The notes beneath the pieces were generated by a model that saw only the letters and a list, made by a program, of their open reading frames with translations, was not told where the DNA came from and did no database searches. DNA of 32,903 nucleotides from a virus. Location of the stretch: the IMG/VR virus record IMGVR_UViG_3300019487_000071. One strand, 5' to 3'. The translations under genes and the position numbers were made by a program. Shown here piece by piece: positions 8,787 to 16,705 of the stretch (positions are counted from its first letter, which is position 1; every line of letters begins with the position of its first letter).

Positions 8787-9190
8787 CTAAACTTCCCCTT
8801 CATGGATGAGCGATATTTATCTAGGGGATTATACGTTTTTGGTTTTTCTTGGCGCTCACGCTTGTAAAATTGTTTCTCTTTTTTATTGAAGAGAAGGTTC
8901 TGCATGTATGTTCGCCACAGCTTAGGAACTAGCTCATTTGAGTTATTGATGATGAGCTGAATTTCTTCTTTCTTACCAATCTTAAGCTTATACAAGATCC
9001 TAAGGTAGGAATAGAAAGATGAATAGAATGCCGTTGGCGTTACTTCATCCATCATCAGTGGATACATGAAGTCGCCGTTTATGCCTGTGACGGCGTACGT
9101 ATATGTGCCATGCAGGTATTGAACTTGAACGCCATTCACGGTAATTCTTAGTCCATTAGCTGCTGTAATTAGTCTCGATCCGTTTCCCAT
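8783..9190 (-). CDS. Hypothetical protein
   Basis: 135-aa ORF, translationally coupled to its neighbours. Confidence 0.55.
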   Translation of the reverse strand: MGNGSRLITAANGLRITVNGVQVQYLHGTYTYAVTGINGDFMYPLMMDEVTPTAFYSSFYSYLRILYKLKIGKKEEIQLIINNSNELVPKLWRTYMQNLLFNKKEKQFYKRERQEKPKTYNPLDKYRSSMKGKFR

Positions 9191-9558
9191 AGAGTCTCCT
9201 CAAGGTTGGCATGCCAAACGCCATAGCCGTAATGCTTCTTGGTGAGACGCTTCATCAGCTGTCCAATTCGATTGAACAAGTGACGATAAACAAACGTCGA
9301 CTCCTTGACGCTTTTACCTTCTTTGGTTCTATAGTCCGGATTATAATTATGCAAAGCAACGCATACTTCGGCACGTAAATGCTGCCTAATATCGTTTACA
9401 GTCATCCCTGTATTGCCCAGGGAAATATCGCCTTGATCTTTATTGGTCTGTGCTTCGTTCCAGTTCTTTACAACTGAGTCACGAATGTACATCTCAATCA
9501 AAGGCTCATACTTGAGCACGTCCTCGTTGGTGATGACTCTCTTCTGCTTTTCACTCAT
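9169..9558 (-). CDS. Sigma70 region-2-like small protein
   Basis: KYEPLIEMYI...DIRQH...ALHNYNPD...KESTFVYRHLFNRIGQLMKR resembles sigma region 2.1-2.4; no region 4. Confidence 0.45.
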   Translation of the reverse strand: MSEKQKRVITNEDVLKYEPLIEMYIRDSVVKNWNEAQTNKDQGDISLGNTGMTVNDIRQHLRAEVCVALHNYNPDYRTKEGKSVKESTFVYRHLFNRIGQLMKRLTKKHYGYGVWHANLEETLWETDRD

Positions 9559-10039
9559 ATTTCTTCCTTAAAAGCTCAAGAATACCTAATGTATTCTTCA
9601 TATGCTCGACATGTTCTGCCTTGAAATGTCCGTTGCTGTCTACATAGGATCGGGAATACTTCCAGAGGTGGATCAAAGCTTCGTAAAGGTAAGTATTGTC
9701 TTTATTAAGATAGTTGTAGAACTTGTATAGCTTTGAGTGTCTGGGTTTCTTAATCTCTAAGTTACGCTCAATGATGTTGAGCATGTTAGAGATGATTGTT
9801 CCCATGGCTGCCTCTTTAATATGGGACTTAGCAAGTACAAAACAGCCATTCTCTCCGTCAAACATTTCTTGGTGATTGTTGTTAACAAGTTGTTGTACTT
9901 CATCATCAGAGGGTTCTGGAGAGTAAGGATATAGTGGTGTTACTTCCAACCTACCGTACCCATAGCTGTCTTTAGTGATCCTAAAGACTGGTCTAGAGAC
10001 GCCAAGAGTATCGATGCAATCATCTAAAATGTTGCTCAT
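9551..10039 (-). CDS. Hypothetical protein
   Basis: 162-aa ORF with GGAG RBS. Confidence 0.65.
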   Translation of the reverse strand: MSNILDDCIDTLGVSRPVFRITKDSYGYGRLEVTPLYPYSPEPSDDEVQQLVNNNHQEMFDGENGCFVLAKSHIKEAAMGTIISNMLNIIERNLEIKKPRHSKLYKFYNYLNKDNTYLYEALIHLWKYSRSYVDSNGHFKAEHVEHMKNTLGILELLRKKYE

Positions 10040-10731
10040 TTCTCCTCCTCGATAGAGTAGATAGGAAGACCTTTGTGGGTCATTACCTTAAGCTTAGTGA
10101 GGTTCTTGAGAGCTGCTAGGTTACCTGTTTGGCAGTAGCAAGCGATCCAAAAGCCAACCTTATCTGCTAAATCAACATCCTTAAGGTTCCATTTATTTTC
10201 GTTCATGATCTGACGATACTTGTGTCTAATGCCAAAGACCTTAGTACGAACAGAGCGAGACTTCATGACATCGGCGTCGCAACCTAGCAAATCAGCGATC
10301 TCTTGGGCATATGCATACTGGTTGTTAGTATAGACGTCAATATAGTCCTTGCCCTTACGACCCATTAAGCCTTGCAACTCTTTTTCTTCTAGAGTTTTCT
10401 TTTTCTTGACAAGACGTATGTCGCCGATGATTTTCTGTTGTTCAAAGTCAAGAATGACTTCGTCAGAGAGTTGAAACTCAAAGCACTTGGTGAGTAGGTT
10501 GGCTTCTTGCCAGTCTACCTTGCCGTTAACTTCTTTAATTAGTTTAGAAATTATCTGCTCGTTGTTTACGGTTGTGTAACCGCCTCTGATGAGCTCTTGA
10601 TAGTTGTCAAATGTAAAGACGATTTCATCAGGCAGTTGAGTTAAGAGAACTGCAGTCTTACTTTCAATAGGTTCCACGGCCTGAGAAATCCAGTCCATGT
10701 TGTCATACTTCTTGTCGTCGAATAGACCCAT
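10036..10731 (-). CDS. Hypothetical protein
   Basis: 231-aa ORF with GGAGG RBS. Confidence 0.7.
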   Translation of the reverse strand: MGLFDDKKYDNMDWISQAVEPIESKTAVLLTQLPDEIVFTFDNYQELIRGGYTTVNNEQIISKLIKEVNGKVDWQEANLLTKCFEFQLSDEVILDFEQQKIIGDIRLVKKKKTLEEKELQGLMGRKGKDYIDVYTNNQYAYAQEIADLLGCDADVMKSRSVRTKVFGIRHKYRQIMNENKWNLKDVDLADKVGFWIACYCQTGNLAALKNLTKLKVMTHKGLPIYSIEEEK

Positions 10732-11035
10732 CTTCGCCTCCTAAAAGTGCACGCTCTGCTAATGCAGTCTCAGCTCTTCTTAAACGCTGAGTCCAAACAG
10801 AAATTGCTTGTTCAAACTGAGTCTCACCAACTCGTTCTTTTAAATGAGTTGAAACTAAGAGTCCTGGCATCTTGACGCCGTACTTATCGGTTAAGTCAAC
10901 GCCATATAAAGCTTCGTATGCTATCTTGTATTCATACTCAAGAGCTTCTTGAGAGAATTTACTAAGATCCCACTCTAATGCATTCCCGCTAGGGAGTTTG
11001 ATGTTACTTCTTATCTGACTCAAGGAAGCTCTCAA
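10703..11035 (-). CDS. Hypothetical protein (C-terminal AERALLG motif)
   Basis: 110-aa ORF in the operon. Confidence 0.65.
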   Translation of the reverse strand: MRASLSQIRSNIKLPSGNALEWDLSKFSQEALEYEYKIAYEALYGVDLTDKYGVKMPGLLVSTHLKERVGETQFEQAISVWTQRLRRAETALAERALLGGEDGSIRRQEV

Positions 11036-11324
11036 TCACCCTGTCGAGGTAGAGCTGATCAGGACACTGTTCGCGGATTTGTTGAACCATGTCCACGTAA
11101 AGAGCATTGGCCTTCTTCTCGTCGTCTTGGATCTTAACGACCACGCTGCCGTCGCCACGCTTGTGGCTTTGGCTGCTTACAGGCTCGAAATCGATGATGA
11201 TGTTATAGATGCGACGTTTCACCTTGCGACCACGATGGGTGTAGTCCTCGTTCTCTTCGTGAATCGTGACATAGTTGATCTTGTCGGCTACGACGTAGCA
11301 TTTACGGGTGATGATGACGATCAT
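11004..11324 (-). CDS. Hypothetical protein
   Basis: 106-aa ORF; its C-terminus resembles that of 11321-11590. Confidence 0.65.
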   Translation of the reverse strand: MIVIITRKCYVVADKINYVTIHEENEDYTHRGRKVKRRIYNIIIDFEPVSSQSHKRGDGSVVVKIQDDEKKANALYVDMVQQIREQCPDQLYLDRVIESFLESDKK

Positions 11325-11590
11325 TCTTTATCCTTTAGAAACGCCTCTTCAAAGGCCTTTTCGACAAGATCTCTGTCAGGATCTTGCATCATTATTTGCG
11401 TCTTAAGAGCTTGATATACCTTGTGTGCCGTATCGTAGTTGCTGCAAGTGCTGGTGAAGCACCATTGCCCGTTGTCTTCTTTAAGATAATCCATGGTGAC
11501 AATGTACTCTTGTCCCACTACGACTTCTTGCGGCTTAGAGAACCAACCGCCTCCACGCACTTCCTTCTTGTCCTTCTTATTGATCATCAA
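11321..11590 (-). CDS. Hypothetical protein (C-terminal FEEAFLK motif)
   Basis: 89-aa ORF coupled to the next gene. Confidence 0.6.
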   Translation of the reverse strand: MMINKKDKKEVRGGGWFSKPQEVVVGQEYIVTMDYLKEDNGQWCFTSTCSNYDTAHKVYQALKTQIMMQDPDRDLVEKAFEEAFLKDKE

Positions 11591-11645
11591 GCTATAAGGA
11601 CTTTCTTGATATCTGGCAAGTAGCTATCTTCGGTTTGAATAGTCA

Positions 11646-12170
11646 TTAGTGGTCCGCCTTGCTATTTCCGCCGCTATAGACGGTGAACTTGCCAACCTTC
11701 TTAGGTCCATTGGTATCGTCACTTGGAGGAGTCGGATCATCCTTCGTGATGCCAATCCTGGCAAGGTACTCAGACAACTTAACGGTTTCCTTCTGATCGC
11801 TTGCATTTAGCACAGTGATAGAGGGATCGTAGCCGTCTTTGAGAATCGAGCGTAGAAGTTCGTTCTTCTCTTCCTCGAGCTTCCTAAGCTCGTGGTTCAA
11901 GTCATTCTTCCACTTAGAGTGGAGAGCATTCTTACTCGGCTGATCAATCTGTCGAAGTAGAGCAAACTGCTTCTCCGTGATCTCTCGAGCTTGATTAAGA
12001 CGCTCCGTGACGTTCTTCAACCTCTTCTCTGCTTCTTCAGCAGATTTTTGAAGCTCACCGATAATCTTGTTTCGTGTCTTAGAGAGCTGTCTGAACTTAT
12101 ATACGCCATACCCGATGATGAGTGCAGTAGCTGCCACCAAACCTGCAAAGAAACCTAAAAGAAATTCCAT
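11646..12170 (-). CDS. Membrane-anchored coiled-coil protein
   Basis: N-terminal TM helix followed by a long coiled coil; GGAAG RBS. Confidence 0.7.
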   Translation of the reverse strand: MEFLLGFFAGLVAATALIIGYGVYKFRQLSKTRNKIIGELQKSAEEAEKRLKNVTERLNQAREITEKQFALLRQIDQPSKNALHSKWKNDLNHELRKLEEEKNELLRSILKDGYDPSITVLNASDQKETVKLSEYLARIGITKDDPTPPSDDTNGPKKVGKFTVYSGGNSKADH

Positions 12171-12190
12171 ATCACTTCCTCGTGTCGGGA

Positions 12191-12757
12191 TTACTGGCGA
12201 GATAAATCTCGTAAGTACTTCTTATGTTTGTCCAATACCATACCGCGCTTAACAGGACCGAACTGATCTATGTAAAGCTTGCCGTTCAGGTGGTCCATCT
12301 CGTGTTGGATGGCAATCGCCTTCAATCCATGAAACGTTTCTTCATGACGGATATTGTTAGCAAGATCCATCGTGCGAGTGTATTGCAACGTTAGGGTATT
12401 GTACCTTTTTGTTTTTGCAGATGTTCCGGGGATGGATAGACAGGCTTCAGTGAAGTCGATAGGATTCTCGACTGAGACGACTTCTGGGTTGATGAACTCT
12501 TCGTTGTTTCCGTCTACGCCTAATACGAACACGGCGTAGTTGACCCCAATTTGATTGGCAGCCAAACCGATACCTTTCTCTCGCTTCATCACTTCAACCA
12601 TAGTGTGAACCAAGGTAGGCATCTTGCTCAGTTCCTCTGGAGGAACCGGAATGCACTTTTGCCGCAATACAGGATCATTTAAGAGTCTGACAGCAGGTAA
12701 TTCCATATATGTGATTAGTTTCAGAAATTTATTGTGTTTCTTGACGAATACGTACAT
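12191..12757 (-). CDS. def: Peptide deformylase
   Basis: GIGLAANQIG, EACLS and HEMDH motifs; the true start may be the ATG at 12706. Confidence 0.95.
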   Translation of the reverse strand: MYVFVKKHNKFLKLITYMELPAVRLLNDPVLRQKCIPVPPEELSKMPTLVHTMVEVMKREKGIGLAANQIGVNYAVFVLGVDGNNEEFINPEVVSVENPIDFTEACLSIPGTSAKTKRYNTLTLQYTRTMDLANNIRHEETFHGLKAIAIQHEMDHLNGKLYIDQFGPVKRGMVLDKHKKYLRDLSRQ

Positions 12758-12956
12758 GCTCCATTATGTGACAATTCGCACACAGCACTACGCATTTATT
12801 GATTTCTTGCTGAATGCGTTTAATTGACCAACCATTGTTGGCCGCTAAACTTAGTTTAATGTCTTTTTTCTTAGGGTCTAGGTGGTGGAACTGTAATACT
12901 TGTGCTCTAGAATCTTTACAGTGATTACAACATTGCATGGATTTATGTTTATGCAT
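12729..12956 (-). CDS. HNH endonuclease (short; may be N-terminally truncated)
   Basis: CNHC...LQFHHLDP...KCVVLCANCH. The longer ORF-track start lies inside tRNA-Trp. Confidence 0.7.
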   Translation of the reverse strand: MHKHKSMQCCNHCKDSRAQVLQFHHLDPKKKDIKLSLAANNGWSIKRIQQEINKCVVLCANCHIMEHVRIRQETQ

Positions 12957-13002
12957 TGTTTGTTCATGGCCTCCATTATACAATGATTTGGAGGCTAAAC
13001 AT

Positions 13003-13077
13003 TGGCGGGAGTGCAAGGATTTGAACCCTGATCGTCTGGGTTGGAACCAGGCATGCTAGCCGTTGCACCACACTCCC
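13003..13077 (-). tRNA. tRNA-Trp(CCA)
   Basis: Cloverleaf; anticodon loop TTCCAAC; G73; encoded CCA. Confidence 0.9.
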
Positions 13078-13082
13078 ATTTT

Positions 13083-13157
13083 TGGAGCACTTGCTGGGAA
13101 TCGAACCCAGTCATTGAGTTTTGCAGACTCACCCTCATCCCAATCAGGCACAAGTGC
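13083..13157 (-). tRNA. tRNA-Cys(GCA)
   Basis: Loop CTGCAAA; U73; CCA. Confidence 0.92.
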
Positions 13158-13162
13158 AATTT

Positions 13163-13235
13163 TGGTGTCCAGCGTGGAGTCTAACCACCCAACCCTAAGA
13201 CGTCTCAAAGGGTCCATCACGCGAATGTGCCGGAC
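13163..13235 (-). ncRNA. tRNA-like RNA with Pyl-like body and 12-nt anticodon loop
   Basis: GTCCGGC/GCTGGAC acceptor stem + ACCA; 1-nt connector; CATT-CGCGT-GATG D arm; ACCCT/AGGGT stem with loop TTGAGACGTCTT; T loop TTAGACT. Confidence 0.65.
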
Positions 13236-13240
13236 ATATT

Positions 13241-13314
13241 TGGCGGTGCTAAGGAGAATCGAACTCCTGACTACCCGTAGACAGCGGGCGATCTTACCAC
13301 TAAACGATAGCACC
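13241..13314 (-). tRNA. tRNA-Asp(GTC)
   Basis: Loop CTGTCTA (U37); G73; CCA. Confidence 0.9.
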
Positions 13315-13321
13315 AAATTTT

Positions 13322-13397
13322 TGGGGTGTAATATCGGGTTCGATCCGATCCTTGCTGCTTCACAGGCAACCGTGCTAGCCACTACACTAAAAACACC
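13322..13397 (-). tRNA. tRNA-His(GTG)
   Basis: Loop CTGTGAA; G-1:C73; T loop ATCGAAC; two U-U mismatches in the acceptor stem. Confidence 0.85.
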
Positions 13398-13408
13398 ATC
13401 TTAAATTT

Positions 13409-13483
13409 TGGAGCCGATGCCCGGAATCGAACCGGATTTTCCGCCTTACAAGAGCGGCACATCACCTTTTATGCTTCATCGGC
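13409..13483 (-). tRNA. tRNA-Thr(TGT)
   Basis: Loop CTTGTAA; CCA. Confidence 0.9.
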
Positions 13484-13753
13484 ATCTTGCCATGTGGCCT
13501 TCTCAAGGAGAAAGTTCATATAGTCTCTGCAATACTGCAGCGAATCTTTTCTATCTCTACCCATGTAATGCCAGCTCAATGAGCTACCTAGGTAGGTATG
13601 CATATTTCCAACATACAAACAATCATCTAGCTTCATCAACGGAAGCCACGGAAGGTGCTCGTAGTTGGCTGCTGTGTTGAAGATATCCATGTCCATCTTC
13701 CTCTTGCACAGCATGCGTTTAAAGTCAACAATGTATCTATCGTCTTCAAACAT
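13469..13753 (-). CDS. Hypothetical protein; stop codon inside tRNA-Thr(TGT)
   Basis: 94-aa ORF filling the gap between two Thr tRNAs. Confidence 0.55.
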   Translation of the reverse strand: MFEDDRYIVDFKRMLCKRKMDMDIFNTAANYEHLPWLPLMKLDDCLYVGNMHTYLGSSLSWHYMGRDRKDSLQYCRDYMNFLLEKATWQDADEA

Positions 13754-13757
13754 AATC

Positions 13758-13832
13758 TGGAGCCAGTACTGAGAATCGAACTCAGGTCACAATCATACCA
13801 AGATCGTGTAATCGCCACTATACTATACCGGC
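13758..13832 (-). tRNA. tRNA-Thr(GGT)
   Basis: GCCGGTA/TACTGGC acceptor stem; loop TTGGTAT; CCA. Confidence 0.9.
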
Positions 13833-13833
13833 A

Positions 13834-14085
13834 TTATCGCTTTGCTCCTTGATCTACCCACTTTTTAATCACTCTGCGTTCATCAAAAGGCATCGAACTA
13901 GGTGGCATGCTTAGATTATCCCAAACACGACGCTTAATCACTAAGCGATTTGCATAAGCTACATCGTACTCCATCCAGTTCTTTGCTGGCCACTTTGCAT
14001 CGTGGCATTGAGCACATCGTTTTTCAAAGATGGGTCGAACATCTCTGTAAGAAACTGTTGCTATCATTAGCAAACTTATTAACAT
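13834..14085 (-). CDS. Small c-type cytochrome
   Basis: Hydrophobic N-terminus; VRPIFEKRCAQCH (CxxCH heme motif); MPP possible axial Met; C-terminal WVDQGA. Confidence 0.75.
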   Translation of the reverse strand: MLISLLMIATVSYRDVRPIFEKRCAQCHDAKWPAKNWMEYDVAYANRLVIKRRVWDNLSMPPSSMPFDERRVIKKWVDQGAKR

Positions 14086-14159
14086 TGGAGCCCCATAAGA
14101 GAATCGAACTCTTGATTACTGATTACGAATCAGTGGTTATACCACTTAACTAACAGGGC
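14086..14159 (-). tRNA. tRNA-Thr(CGT)
   Basis: Loop TTCGTAA; CCA. Confidence 0.92.
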
Positions 14160-14571
14160 ATTTCCACCAATTAAAGTCTTTGGCAGTTTTTCTTCTATGA
14201 CAATTAGCGCACAAAATATCGCATTTGTCCATTTCTTTTTGGAGCTTATCTAAGCTAAGTCCGTGACTAACAGCTTCACTTATGTTAAACTCTTTATCGC
14301 TTATATGATCAAAGTCTAAAACTATGGGATCTGCTTCGTTACAGGTCTTGCAAGGATTCTTGAGGAGGTGCTTTAGGACGTATTCTTGTGCGACCTTTCT
14401 TCTCTTTAAAATGTGCTCTTGCTTTCTAGCATTAAATGTAATTGGATCTTTATGTCTACGCTCTTTTTGATATAGCGATTTGCAAGGTTTGCAGCAGTTT
14501 TGAAATCCGGAACCTCTTTTATGATATTCACTAAGAATCTTATTTTGTCCACATTTATTACAAACCTTCAT
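14146..14571 (-). CDS. HNH endonuclease; stop codon inside tRNA-Thr(CGT)
   Basis: N-terminal CxxC motifs; LDFDHI...KCDILCANCH. Confidence 0.88.
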   Translation of the reverse strand: MKVCNKCGQNKILSEYHKRGSGFQNCCKPCKSLYQKERRHKDPITFNARKQEHILKRRKVAQEYVLKHLLKNPCKTCNEADPIVLDFDHISDKEFNISEAVSHGLSLDKLQKEMDKCDILCANCHRRKTAKDFNWWKCPVS

Positions 14572-14580
14572 ATAAGCCCT

Positions 14581-14898
14581 TTACTTTAAATTATCGAGCA
14601 GTACGTTTTGATTTTCGACGAAGAACTCTCTTGCTTCAGAGGGTGCTTCGCTGATCAACTGCTTAAGAAACGCTTGGGCCTGTAGCTTCACCTTGAACGA
14701 ACCCACTTTCTTAAAGTTCAGAAAAATTGAAATATCATCTGAAGATGTATTGCAAACCTTTTCGCCCTTAGTGAAACAAGCGTCGAATATTTTTAGCTGG
14801 CCATAGTCTTTAAAGTCTATAAAGCTAAAACTATTCTGGAAGTCGTTGATCACTCCCACTCGATACCGATTGTTGTTAATTGACCTCCGTATTGCCAA
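14581..14898 (-). CDS. Hypothetical protein
   Basis: 105-aa ORF with GGAGG RBS. Confidence 0.6.
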   Translation of the reverse strand: MAIRRSINNNRYRVGVINDFQNSFSFIDFKDYGQLKIFDACFTKGEKVCNTSSDDISIFLNFKKVGSFKVKLQAQAFLKQLISEAPSEAREFFVENQNVLLDNLK

Positions 14899-15202
14899 TT
14901 AAATTTGTTAAATATCTTTCAACTCTTTGACAGATAATGTCAGGATTGCCTTTGCGTAAACTATTCTTTTCCATTTCGTCTAAACCCTGATATTCACTCC
15001 AGTATGTGTCGACCGTGCTTAAAGCATAATCTCCGTCATCTTTAGGAGAATCTAACTTAAGGTTTTCCAGCGCACCTTTAGTATTGCCATTCATCGCTTC
15101 AACTGCTGCAATAACTCTTCTAACTTTGAGAAGTCCATCTGGAGTCATATAACCATGACGTGAGTAAACTTCTTCAACAGTTCTTTTTCCAAATTCATTC
15201 AT
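14876..15202 (-). CDS. Hypothetical protein
   Basis: 108-aa ORF with AAGGAG RBS. Confidence 0.65.
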   Translation of the reverse strand: MNEFGKRTVEEVYSRHGYMTPDGLLKVRRVIAAVEAMNGNTKGALENLKLDSPKDDGDYALSTVDTYWSEYQGLDEMEKNSLRKGNPDIICQRVERYLTNLIGNTEVN

Positions 15203-15219
15203 AAACTATCTCCTTAATA

Positions 15220-15295
15220 TGGTAGTCCCAGAAAGATTCGAACTTTCAATGACCGGTTCGTAGCCGATAGGTTTATCCAGTTAGCCTATGGGACC
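15220..15295 (-). tRNA. tRNA-Arg(ACG)
   Basis: Loop CTACGAA; CCA. Confidence 0.92.
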
Positions 15296-15312
15296 ATATT
15301 ACTTTAAAATTT

Positions 15313-15388
15313 TGGTCGCTGTAAAAGGACTCGAACCTTTATAACACGGCTTATGAGACCGGTACGTAACCTCTCCGTACATACAGCG
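15313..15388 (-). tRNA. tRNA(CAT): elongator Met or Ile2
   Basis: Loop CTCATAA; C1-G72 is paired and the three G-C anticodon-stem pairs are absent, so it is not an initiator tRNA. Confidence 0.85.
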
Positions 15389-15389
15389 A

Positions 15390-15464
15390 TGGTAGCCAGT
15401 GAGGGAGTCGAACCCACGTTTCCGCTTTGTAAGAGCGGCGTATTCCCGTTATACAGAACCGGCT
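15390..15464 (-). tRNA. tRNA-Val(TAC)
   Basis: Loop CTTACAA; CCA. Confidence 0.9.
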
Positions 15465-15473
15465 GCATATTTC

Positions 15474-15611
15474 GTTATGGCTAGGCTTTGTCGGGTTATT
15501 GTGCCTAACGTCCCGCCGCTATAGATACTGATCCACAGGTTCAAGCCTGGGTGTATCTCAGCAGAGCTGCACCGCGCGTCCCGCATGAGTTATACCTCAC
15601 ACGAGCATAAC
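15474..15611 (-). ncRNA. Candidate multi-hairpin ncRNA
   Basis: Ends pair (GTTATG/CATAAC); internal hairpins GTGTGAG/CTCATGC, GATAC..CCAGG/CCTG..GTATC and TAGGC/GCCTA; no ORF of 60 aa or more. Confidence 0.55.
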
Positions 15612-15616
15612 AAATT

Positions 15617-15693
15617 TGGTAGGAGTAACTGGATTTGAACCAATATCAACCGCCTATCAAGCGGCCGCACTAACCAGGTTGTGCTATACTCCC
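15617..15693 (-). tRNA. tRNA-Ile(GAT)
   Basis: Loop TTGATAG; CCA. Confidence 0.92.
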
Positions 15694-16205
15694 ATACTTT
15701 TAAAATTCAATCTTGCAAACACTCCGAATTCTTCTGTGGCTTTAGCATCGTATGCCTTAGCAGCATCTTCTTCGGATTCAAAGTAACCTATATGAATACT
15801 TTTACCATTAACTCTAATCGATGCTTCAAACTTGTTCCTGTCAAATCTCTTTCTAACTCCAGTATATTTGGAGGTTTTGCCAGTACTAGGTTTACCTCTA
15901 TTTCTACAATTTTCAGCGTGAGTGCAAACCCTTAAGTTTTCTCTAGTGTTGTTAAGCGGATCGCCATCGATATGGTCAACCTCATAACCGCTAGGTGGAT
16001 TCATAATAATGTTATGCATCCAAAACTTTTTAACTTTGCCATCTATAGACTTCTTAAAGCCTGCCTTAAAACCGTATAAGTGCTGATTGCCATTCGCGCT
16101 TGTTCCTGCAATTCTGTAAGCACTCCATTTGTACTTTGAGATTAAGTCAAAGTCTTCATCGCTTATCTTGGCAACCTGATTTTGAGTCAATTGTATAGTC
16201 TTCAT
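15684..16205 (-). CDS. HNH endonuclease with C-terminal AP2 domain; stop codon inside tRNA-Ile
   Basis: MHNIIM...VDHIDGDPLNNTRENLR; KYTGV...IHIGYF..EEDAAKAYD. Confidence 0.92.
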   Translation of the reverse strand: MKTIQLTQNQVAKISDEDFDLISKYKWSAYRIAGTSANGNQHLYGFKAGFKKSIDGKVKKFWMHNIIMNPPSGYEVDHIDGDPLNNTRENLRVCTHAENCRNRGKPSTGKTSKYTGVRKRFDRNKFEASIRVNGKSIHIGYFESEEDAAKAYDAKATEEFGVFARLNFKSMGV

Positions 16206-16220
16206 GTTTTACCTATAAAA

Positions 16221-16299
16221 TGGTCGGGCATAGTGGATTTGAACCACTGATCTCTAGTTCCCAAAACTAGCGCGATAAACCAGGCTTCGCTAATGCCCG
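16221..16299 (-). tRNA. tRNA-Pro(TGG) #1
   Basis: Loop TTTGGGA; C1-G72; CCA. Confidence 0.92.
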
Positions 16300-16306
16300 T
16301 AACTTT

Positions 16307-16525
16307 TGGTGTTCGCTGTAGGCCTCAAACCTACGACTCCAGCCTCAAATGCGATGTGCGGGTGGCTGGTGTTTTTTCGCGAGACGTTTCGTACTTGATT
16401 TCTATTGTTCATCAGGTCTTGTCCGGCGTTTAACCGGCTCGACGTTTCTATGAGCTTCCGCCCATCGCATTGTTACCTGACGATTTTTCAACCTTTCCTA
16501 CTAATCCTCTCTAAACTAAACGAAC
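16307..16525 (-). ncRNA. 219-nt tRNA-like (tmRNA-reminiscent) RNA
   Basis: Acceptor stem GTTCGTT/AGCGAAC + ACCA; T arm GTAGG-TTTGAGG-CCTAC; about 180-nt internal segment with long, crossing helices. Confidence 0.65.
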
Positions 16526-16537
16526 ACATACTAACTT

Positions 16538-16615
16538 TGGTCGAGTATCTAGGATTTGAACCTAGGATCTCCTGTATCCAAAACAGGCGGCCACTCCATA
16601 CTGGCCCAATACTCG
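16538..16615 (-). tRNA. tRNA-Pro(TGG) #2
   Basis: Loop TTTGGAT (A37 instead of G37); CCA. Confidence 0.88.
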
Positions 16616-16628
16616 ATACATAAACTTT

Positions 16629-16702
16629 TGGAGCACCTAGAGGGAGTCGAACCCTCGCCACCAGATTGGAAGTCTAGCGTGCTGCCGTAACACTTCAGGT
16701 GC
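16629..16702 (-). tRNA. tRNA-Gly(TCC)
   Basis: Loop CTTCCAA; U73; CCA. Confidence 0.92.
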
Positions 16703-16705
16703 ATA

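Noticed and set aside
13056-13404. ORFs 13056-13382 (-) and 13063-13404 (+)
   Set aside because: Shadow ORFs running through four tRNAs and a tRNA-like RNA; no protein-like features.
16380-16420. Hammerhead-like words CTGATGA...GAAAC-GTC in the 219-nt RNA
   Set aside because: No stem II between CTGATGA and GAAA, and stem I would have to pair the cleavage triplet itself.
16307-16525. Calling the 219-nt RNA a bona fide tmRNA or a group I intron-containing tRNA
   Set aside because: No G3.U70, no recognisable tag ORF, too short, and no group I P/Q/R/S elements.
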